NCBI GenBank assembly: GCA_002700865.1
Contig: PAFB01000149.1
Span: 1 to 55,170, forward strand
Source of the DNA: Rhodospirillaceae bacterium
GTDB taxonomy: Bacteria; Pseudomonadota; Alphaproteobacteria; UBA7985
Reading direction: 5' to 3'
Length of the DNA: 55,170 nucleotides
The position numbers were made by a program, and so were the translations under genes. Below, piece after piece: positions 48,851-55,170 of the stretch; the stretch's first letter is position 1; every line of letters starts with the position of its first letter. The notes beneath the pieces are model-generated. The model saw only the letters and a program-made list of their open reading frames with translations, was not told the origin of the DNA and did not search any database.

Positions 48851-48968
48851 AGGAGAACCTTTCCAGAAGAGATGATGAGGGCGGAGCAGTAAACCTGTGC
48901 GGAGAAACACGTTGGGCCAGAGATGGGGTTTAGGAGGCCCAAGGCAAACCTGCGGCGGTCAGATAGGA

Positions 48969-50498
48969 TCAATCCACTTTCAGATCGACAGGAGTCGGCG
49001 GACCAAGATCAAGCACGCGATAGCCAACATTCCCATCCCAGTTGGGGTGAGCCTCGGCCGGGTTCAACGCCGCACCTGCGCGGTTGATCCGGTCGCGGCA
49101 CAGGTCGGCGATGGTCGTGTAGCCCGCTTTGCCTGCTGCCGAGGACGGCTCCACTGGCACATCGAGTTGTACCAGCACAAAGCGTCGCTGATGCCCGTCT
49201 TCGGCGTTGAGTGACAGCAGCGCATCGGCTGTCGTGCCTGAGCCGCCGAAGAAGTCCAGTACGATATCATTTCCTTGCGTAGTATAGGCGAGCAGGTCAC
49301 GCATCAACCGTATGTGCTTGGGGTTGAGGAACACCTTAGTCCCCATAAGCCGGGTCAGATACTGGGTGTTGTATTGAGCATCATAGAGCCCCCAAGACGA
49401 TTTGATCGGAATGTTGGCGTTGCGGAAGGCGTTGAAATACTCCTTCATCCGCACTTGTCCGCCGTCAGCCTTGGGGAACAGCAATTCACCCGCCGCTGCC
49501 TTGCGCGCCATTTCCGCTGGGCTAAAGGCCCAGACATCGCGGAACCGTCGCCCGGTTGCGGGATCTTCGACGTCGAAGGCCTCGCGTGGGTCTTTCACGG
49601 TCGATTTGCAGTTGGTGTTGCGCCAGGGACCACGCGGGTCATTGTCGGGGTTGTAAAAGCCTTCCTCACTGCGTGGTCGCCCGATGAATGAAAAGGCGGA
49701 AGAGCGCTGGAAAACCAGCATGTATTCGTGAACCCCGGCGATCATCTTCGTTGGCGGAACGCCTTTGGCCGAAGATTTCTTGTCGTAGACCATGCACTCG
49801 ACAAAGTTTTCCGCGCCAAACACTTCTTCACAGAGCTTCCAGAGGTTGGGGAGCTCGTGCTCATCAATGGAAATAACGATGCAGCCGTCTTCGCGCAGCA
49901 AGTCACGCGCCACAATCAATCGCGGCAGCATGAAGCTCAGCCAGTCCGCGTGAATGCGGCCGTGGTGATCGGCGTCGTCGTCGAACGCCTTCTGGCCTTC
50001 TGGATCGGTCGTCTTGGGTTTGCGCGCGGTGTAAGAGCGGAGGCTTTCGCGGAAGTTATCGGGATAAATGAAGGCGTTGCCGGTGTTGTAGGGTGGATCG
50101 ATGTAGATCAAACGCACCTTTCCGGCGAGTGAGTCGGTGCCTGACCCTTCCCGCAGCAGCTTCAGCGCAGCGAGGTTATCGCCGATGATAAGCTGGTTGC
50201 TGGTGGTCTCAGGGTCCTTACTCAGGTCCGGGCGGGGTTGAAACTGCACGGAAACCGGGGCCGTAGCCTGCTGCCGGGCTGCTGTCTTCCCCGGCCATGT
50301 GAAGGCGTAGCTTTCGACCTGTGTCAGCATGGTCTTTTCAGCGGAGCAGTACGCGTCGCCTAACGCTGCCTGCAGTGCCGTGTGCAGCTGTTCGGGTGCG
50401 ACCCGCAGCGTAACCTGCCCGGTTTCGGGGTCTTGAGTTTCTGTTACGCTGCCGGGAAAAAGCTGCTGGAGTCGCTCAATTTTGTCCCTGGCGCTCAT
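48969..50498 (-). CDS. Mirror copy: type III Mod-like methyltransferase
   Basis: Identical to 4673..6202. Confidence 0.92.
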   Translation of the reverse strand: MSARDKIERLQQLFPGSVTETQDPETGQVTLRVAPEQLHTALQAALGDAYCSAEKTMLTQVESYAFTWPGKTAARQQATAPVSVQFQPRPDLSKDPETTSNQLIIGDNLAALKLLREGSGTDSLAGKVRLIYIDPPYNTGNAFIYPDNFRESLRSYTARKPKTTDPEGQKAFDDDADHHGRIHADWLSFMLPRLIVARDLLREDGCIVISIDEHELPNLWKLCEEVFGAENFVECMVYDKKSSAKGVPPTKMIAGVHEYMLVFQRSSAFSFIGRPRSEEGFYNPDNDPRGPWRNTNCKSTVKDPREAFDVEDPATGRRFRDVWAFSPAEMARKAAAGELLFPKADGGQVRMKEYFNAFRNANIPIKSSWGLYDAQYNTQYLTRLMGTKVFLNPKHIRLMRDLLAYTTQGNDIVLDFFGGSGTTADALLSLNAEDGHQRRFVLVQLDVPVEPSSAAGKAGYTTIADLCRDRINRAGAALNPAEAHPNWDGNVGYRVLDLGPPTPVDLKVD

Positions 50499-50571
50499 GA
50501 CCCGAAAGCCCCCATCATGCGATCCCTAACTGTCGGCTGGTCGCTAGCCTCACGGACGTTGTCTTCATGAA

Positions 50572-50799
50572 ATGGTCCGCGTCCTCAATGCTCGTTTTCC
50601 TGACCATCGATCGGACGTTACCACAGAGATCGTCGGCAATCAGCGCGCATATTTTCTCGCACAGCTTAAGCGCGATGGCCCGGCCGCTCTCCCTGCGAAC
50701 AATGGAGTATACTTCTGGGTGATGTCTGTCTTAGTGCAAGAGGCGCAGCTCAGGCACTATCGCGCATTCCACCGGGCGCTTAGCCCTGAATTTGCTTGA
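50572..50799 (+). CDS. Mirror copy: short hypothetical ORF or remnant
   Basis: Identical to 4372..4599. Confidence 0.3.
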   Translation: MVRVLNARFPDHRSDVTTEIVGNQRAYFLAQLKRDGPAALPANNGVYFWVMSVLVQEAQLRHYRAFHRALSPEFA

Positions 50800-50855
50800 G
50801 CACCTAAAAAGACACTAGAATGAACCTAAGCGAGCTGTAGCCAGGAGATAAAGCC

Positions 50856-51341
50856 ATGAAAGCAATACCTATTTTCCGCGACCTTCTGGTCTCAGTACTG
50901 GCCTTGGCCATTGCGAGCACAGCAGTTGCCGCGGACGACGTCTACATTTGTCCGGTCGAGGAAATAGTCGGTTTCGAGAAGCTGCCTGGCGGTGCTACGG
51001 CCGAAAATCGGCTGGGTTGGGGCCTAACCGTCGATACGTTGGGGCCAGAAGATATCGTCTACAAGCTTGTGGTTTCGGATAAGGGCGAGATTTCCGTTTT
51101 CGTAAGTACCGAAGGCAGCGATTATCTGGACCTAAACGATATCTATACCTTTGGTATCGATACCTTTCAGCAGGGCGTGCTTGCGCTCTCTGGTGGAGCA
51201 GATATCGAGGCGGGTATGACGCGCTTTAACTTTGCTTTCGATGTCGGAGAGATGAGCATGGTGCTTCACATTAGCAGTGTTTATTCCAATGAAGTTTCGC
51301 TGAGCACGTCCGCATTCCTTTATACTGGGAAATGCACTTAA
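50856..51341 (+). CDS. Mirror copy: secreted hypothetical protein
   Basis: Identical to 3830..4315. Confidence 0.75.
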   Translation: MKAIPIFRDLLVSVLALAIASTAVAADDVYICPVEEIVGFEKLPGGATAENRLGWGLTVDTLGPEDIVYKLVVSDKGEISVFVSTEGSDYLDLNDIYTFGIDTFQQGVLALSGGADIEAGMTRFNFAFDVGEMSMVLHISSVYSNEVSLSTSAFLYTGKCT

Positions 51342-51368
51342 GCCTTTCTTGGGGGAGAAGACCAGGCC

Positions 51369-51866
51369 ATGACATCTTCGAATGAGGCCAAAGGCCCATT
51401 GTCTCTCGACGCTCCAGCCCCAGTAGTTCGCACGGGCAATAACTCTGTGGTTTGGGCGGCACTGGCCGGGCTGTTGCAAGTAGCGCTTGCTATATCCGCT
51501 GGCGTTATTGCTTACTGGCAGGTTACGGAGCAGTGGGCCGTGCAGAACGAGCAGGCTGCCCGTGATGCCTTCAAGGACTTTCTCAAAATTTCCATGGACA
51601 ACCCGGCAATTTCCGGTGGGTTACTCAGCGATTATGAGTACACAGAGCAAGATGATGAGCGATATTTCTGGTACGTAACGCTCATGACTGAAACTTTTGA
51701 ACAGGTGTTGGCTTACGTCCCCAATGTCCAGGCGTGGATTGATCTGCTGGAACTGCAAGTCGACATTCACTGCGAATTCTATGCTTCTGAAGGTTTTCAG
51801 CCGGAACTCTACAGCACGCGGTTGCAGACGGTCGTCGATAAGGTTCTGGCGCAGGGCGAGTGCTAG
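51369..51866 (+). CDS. Mirror copy: membrane-anchored hypothetical protein
   Basis: Identical to 3305..3802. Confidence 0.7.
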   Translation: MTSSNEAKGPLSLDAPAPVVRTGNNSVVWAALAGLLQVALAISAGVIAYWQVTEQWAVQNEQAARDAFKDFLKISMDNPAISGGLLSDYEYTEQDDERYFWYVTLMTETFEQVLAYVPNVQAWIDLLELQVDIHCEFYASEGFQPELYSTRLQTVVDKVLAQGEC

Positions 51867-51946
51867 TGCCGGGAGGCAAGCTGTTGCGGGCAACAGAGCT
51901 GGGCTTGTGTCTACCTGAATTCCCCTAAAAAAGTGGATAGAAAGCC

Positions 51947-52729
51947 ATGCACCTACTCAATTCAGGCATTCACGCAACACTCTTTGCGCTCGTCGCGATT
52001 TTAGTACATCCCGGTTCCGCTCTGTCACAGAGCACCTGCCCGGACAAGCTCCGGGGCAATGGCGTCGACACCTTCGGCGTTCCGGTCTGTGCCACAGACC
52101 AGGTCAGCAACCGCGCGCTTGTTCACGCAAACAAGGTGATGCGCAGCCTGCTTGACTACGACCAGAATGGCGTTCCTGACAGCCCGGTTGTACTCGATGA
52201 AGTACTCGATAGCGGTGCGTTTTTCGCCGTCTTTCCAAACGAGCGAGCAGCAGACCGCCTTTTCGACAGTCTGAATGACAGCCAGCATGAGACTTACGAT
52301 GCTCTCGTCTCAGTCTTCGAAGACGAGATGGACATCAGCGGCCGTGAAGGCTGGGACCCAACCATCGAAGAGGCGCTGCACCTCATCACCCAGTTTGGCT
52401 ACGCCGAAGTCTTTCCGGACATCTTCGGGGAGTTCCGTGGTAGCGCCATAGCCGACCTGATGGATGAAGCCCGCGGCGGTTATCACGCACGCGTGCCTAA
52501 CCGATATCCCAATGGTGCTTACTACACCTACGATGATCGAACCTGTGACTACAGCTGTCAGGTGACCGAGTTCACCTTCTGGGCTATCACCTCTATGCGT
52601 GGACTGAACCGACTGCGGGCCGACGATATAGGCCAAGAGTGGCGCCTCCATACCCCCGCGCTGATGCAGCAACGGGCACCGGCATTGGTCACGCTGCTGC
52701 GCGACCCATCGTACGGTATCCTGTTTTAA
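51947..52729 (+). CDS. Mirror copy: secreted putative metalloprotein
   Basis: Identical to 2442..3224. Confidence 0.7.
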   Translation: MHLLNSGIHATLFALVAILVHPGSALSQSTCPDKLRGNGVDTFGVPVCATDQVSNRALVHANKVMRSLLDYDQNGVPDSPVVLDEVLDSGAFFAVFPNERAADRLFDSLNDSQHETYDALVSVFEDEMDISGREGWDPTIEEALHLITQFGYAEVFPDIFGEFRGSAIADLMDEARGGYHARVPNRYPNGAYYTYDDRTCDYSCQVTEFTFWAITSMRGLNRLRADDIGQEWRLHTPALMQQRAPALVTLLRDPSYGILF

Positions 52730-52933
52730 GCCCTATGCTCCGCCCTTTGCGCCTCGAGCCTTTTGACGGGCTTTGAGAAATGGCGATTGCCGTGCCTTAT
52801 TCCATGTTCGCTGGTCGCGGATCGCGCGGCTGGACCATGACGGCGATCCGGCGATCCGCTCGTGGTTGTATCGCGTTCGGACTCTGACTGGTTTCATCAC
52901 TATGCCCGGCATCCACAACCTACACGAACTGCG

Positions 52934-53842
52934 TTAGGGTTTCGGCCAATGGCGCTGGGCAGCACCCAGATCGAGTTCAATTTCCTTCAGTCGATGGACG
53001 AAGGAGCGCACCTTGGTGGTACGGTGCAGATCAACATGGGTGACAATCCAGAAATCAATTGTCCAGTCCGAGCGCGGTGCCACGACTTCAACGAGGTCCG
53101 GGTCTTGCTCGGCCTCGGCCTGCCACATTGGGCCGATACAGTGGCCCTGGACCACGGCGCTGTGCCCGATCAGCAGGCTGTCGGTGCGCAGGGCAATGCT
53201 CTTTGGCGGTACGTTCTGCTCAATCCATTCTAGCGGCCCGACGTGGTAGGAGACCTCGCCCCCCGCGCAGAAACGGTGCTGTTCGAAGTCGGCGTCTGAG
53301 GTCGGGATGCCATACTGCTGTGTGTAGCTCTTGTGGGCGAAGAGGCCGAGGCTGTGACTACTGTGATGGAGCACCACGAAATCCGGGTTGCTGGGTCGAC
53401 CACCTGCCCGGAGGGCAACATGGGCCTCACCAAATTCCATCCGCATCAGTTGCTCGGTGGTGACGATGCGGCAAGAGACGGCGGGGAAATCCCGCTGCAT
53501 GCGGATCATGGCGCGCACTAGCGTAACTTCGAAGCCGGGTAAGGCGGTGATGATTAGCTCGCCCGAGGGCTCGTCCCGCCGGTGTCGTGCTCGGCCCAGC
53601 CACTGGGTCAGCTCGTCATCTGCGCGGCTGCCGACTTCAAGTAGCTCTTGGCCCACGTCGGTAGGCGTGTAGCCGCGTTGGTGGCGCTGGAACAGCTTCG
53701 ACCCTAGCTCGGTTTCCAGCGCGTCGATATGGCGGAGGATGGTGGCGCGGTGCACGCCCAGCGCATCGGCTGCCGCCGAGACGGTGCCAAGCTTCGCCAC
53801 CATGTAGGCGCTTCTGACTTCCGTCCACGCGACCACGCTCAC
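52934..53842 (-). CDS. Mirror copy: LysR regulator
   Basis: Identical to 1329..2237. Confidence 0.93.
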   Translation of the reverse strand: MSVVAWTEVRSAYMVAKLGTVSAAADALGVHRATILRHIDALETELGSKLFQRHQRGYTPTDVGQELLEVGSRADDELTQWLGRARHRRDEPSGELIITALPGFEVTLVRAMIRMQRDFPAVSCRIVTTEQLMRMEFGEAHVALRAGGRPSNPDFVVLHHSSHSLGLFAHKSYTQQYGIPTSDADFEQHRFCAGGEVSYHVGPLEWIEQNVPPKSIALRTDSLLIGHSAVVQGHCIGPMWQAEAEQDPDLVEVVAPRSDWTIDFWIVTHVDLHRTTKVRSFVHRLKEIELDLGAAQRHWPKP

Positions 53843-53894
53843 CCCCGCCTGTTGCTGCCGTTGTCGGCCTATATTGGCGACCGGCCGGGTTGCT

Positions 53895-54029
53895 TCAACG
53901 CTCTTTGTTCTGCTGCTTGAGCTCGTAGGCCTCTTTTTTCTTCTGATAGTCCTCTTCAGACAGGGCGTGCCAGCCCATGCAGAAACCGGTGACGGAGTGG
54001 CCGCAGCCGCAGCGGGGTTTTTCGTTCAT
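53895..54029 (-). CDS. Mirror copy: small CDGSH-like protein
   Basis: Identical to 1142..1276. Confidence 0.7.
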   Translation of the reverse strand: MNEKPRCGCGHSVTGFCMGWHALSEEDYQKKKEAYELKQQNKER

Positions 54030-54274
54030 TGTTACCTCTTGAGTTGGTTGGTCAGGCGGCAGGGTCGTTGATCGCAGGGGCTGACGAAATGCGCGATCCT
54101 GCGCAGAGCCTGTACCGATCTCGCGCAGTTTGTGCAGGGGAACCGCCACCGCTGCCAAACGCCTTTCTGAACAATCAATCCGTTCGGGCGGTTGGCCCAC
54201 ATCGCCAGCCTATTGCTCTAGGTGCTTTAAACTGATTTTCTAGTGGCTTGCGCAAACCACGTGCGACCCGGCTT

Positions 54275-55036
54275 ATGACCTTGAAGACCACCCTCGCCGC
54301 TGGCCCTATGACCGCGACCTTTGCCTCCCTGAAGGACCCGGCCGTCGCCGGCGTGTTGGCTCAGGCTGGATTTGGCTGCATCGTCATTGACCGCGAACAC
54401 GCCGTCATGGGGGTGGAAACCGCCGCTGGCCTGATCATGGCCAGCCAGCGCGCCGGCCTGAGCGCCATCACCCGCATCCCCGAACTCGCCCGCGCGGCAG
54501 TGCAGGACGCGCTCGAAGCCGGTTCTGACGGTATTCTAGCGCCCATGGTCGAGAGCGCTGCGCAGGCCAAGCAACTGGCCAGCTGGTGCCGCTATCCACC
54601 CGAAGGCACACGCGGCGTCCATCCACTGACACCCGCGACCGGTTACGGCGCCATTCCCATGCCGCAGATGTTCCGCGCCGCCAATCAGCAGGTGCTGGTC
54701 TGCGCACAGATCGAGACCGCCGCCGGGTTGGAGCAGGCCGGGGCCATCGCCAAAACCGACGGGATCGACCTGCTGTTCTTCGGTCCCGGGGACATGGCCG
54801 TTTCACTCGGTGTCGGCATGGACGACCCGCGGCTCGCCGAGGCCTTCGAGCGCGTGCTCGCGGTGGCGGGCAAGGCGGGCAAGCTGGTTGGAACCTTCGC
54901 CATGAACGCCGAGGGCGCCCATCGCGCCGCCGCCGCCGGGGCCCGGCTGCTGGTTCTGGGCAGCGACCTTGCCTTGCTCAAGCAGGCGGGAACCGAGGCC
55001 AGCGAAGGCCTCAAGCGGCGTCTGCAAAGACCATGA
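54275..55036 (+). CDS. Mirror copy: HpcH/HpaI aldolase
   Basis: Identical to 135..896. Confidence 0.9.
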   Translation: MTLKTTLAAGPMTATFASLKDPAVAGVLAQAGFGCIVIDREHAVMGVETAAGLIMASQRAGLSAITRIPELARAAVQDALEAGSDGILAPMVESAAQAKQLASWCRYPPEGTRGVHPLTPATGYGAIPMPQMFRAANQQVLVCAQIETAAGLEQAGAIAKTDGIDLLFFGPGDMAVSLGVGMDDPRLAEAFERVLAVAGKAGKLVGTFAMNAEGAHRAAAAGARLLVLGSDLALLKQAGTEASEGLKRRLQRP

Positions 55037-55170
55037 GCCTGCGCGTCGCCGTTATCGGAGCCGGACCGGCGGGCGGCCTGATCGCCGGTCTGCTGGCCCG
55101 CGAGGGCCACCGCGTCACCCTCGGCGATCGCCGCGACCGCGCGGCCATGGAGGCTAACGAAGACCGCTCG
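55033..55170 (+). CDS. Mirror copy: partial FAD-dependent oxidoreductase
   Basis: Mirror of 1..138. Confidence 0.8.
   Translation, partial: MSLRVAVIGAGPAGGLIAGLLAREGHRVTLGDRRDRAAMEANEDRS

Larger units (their letters stand above)
1..55170. repeat. Window-wide inverted repeat (palindrome): two 27,585-bp arms, no spacer, centre 27585/27586
   Basis: The start cgagcggtcttcgttagcctcc is the reverse complement of the end ggaggctaacgaagaccgctcg. The centre reads ggagcgtcatgc|gcatgacgctcc. ORFs a..b in the track have identically translated partners at 55171-b..55171-a. Confidence 0.98.

Noticed and set aside
27586..55170. Second arm as independent paralogs or a true gene duplication
   Set aside because: The translations are identical and mirror-exact, so they carry no independent information without read evidence.
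1..55170. CRISPR array, tRNA/rRNA, IS element, prophage or protelomerase
   Set aside because: No repeat-spacer periodicity, structural RNA signatures, or transposase, integrase, phage or telomere-resolvase motifs were seen.

Overview
The whole 55,170-bp window is one inverted repeat with no spacer. Positions 1-27585 are the reverse complement of 27586-55170, the fold lies at ...tcatgc|gcatga..., and each feature at x has a mirror at 55171-x. Only about 27.6 kb is therefore unique. This is most likely a fold-back or hairpin artefact of assembly or amplification, although a hairpin telomere cannot be excluded from sequence alone. The unique arm looks like a mosaic accessory region of a GC-rich, probably marine proteobacterium, oriented toward algal-metabolite catabolism. 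It holds a DMSP lyase dddP directly followed by a DddQ-like cupin DMSP-lyase-family gene, a MatB-type CoA ligase, a DmdA/GcvT-family aminomethyltransferase, adenine deaminase, and an LLM monooxygenase plus alpha/beta-hydrolase pair reminiscent of tgnB/tgnD. It also holds redox genes (DsbA-like, HCCA-isomerase/GST-kappa, Ohr, a tiny CDGSH-like protein), an orphan and C-terminally short type III Mod methyltransferase, and a DUF1800/DUF1501 pair whose DUF1800 member carries a large insert with a CBM60-like module. Two LysR regulators, one MarR regulator and several apparent gene relics in spacers are also present. I saw no rRNA, tRNA, CRISPR array, transposase, integrase or protelomerase. All family assignments come from recognising motifs by eye, not from database searches.
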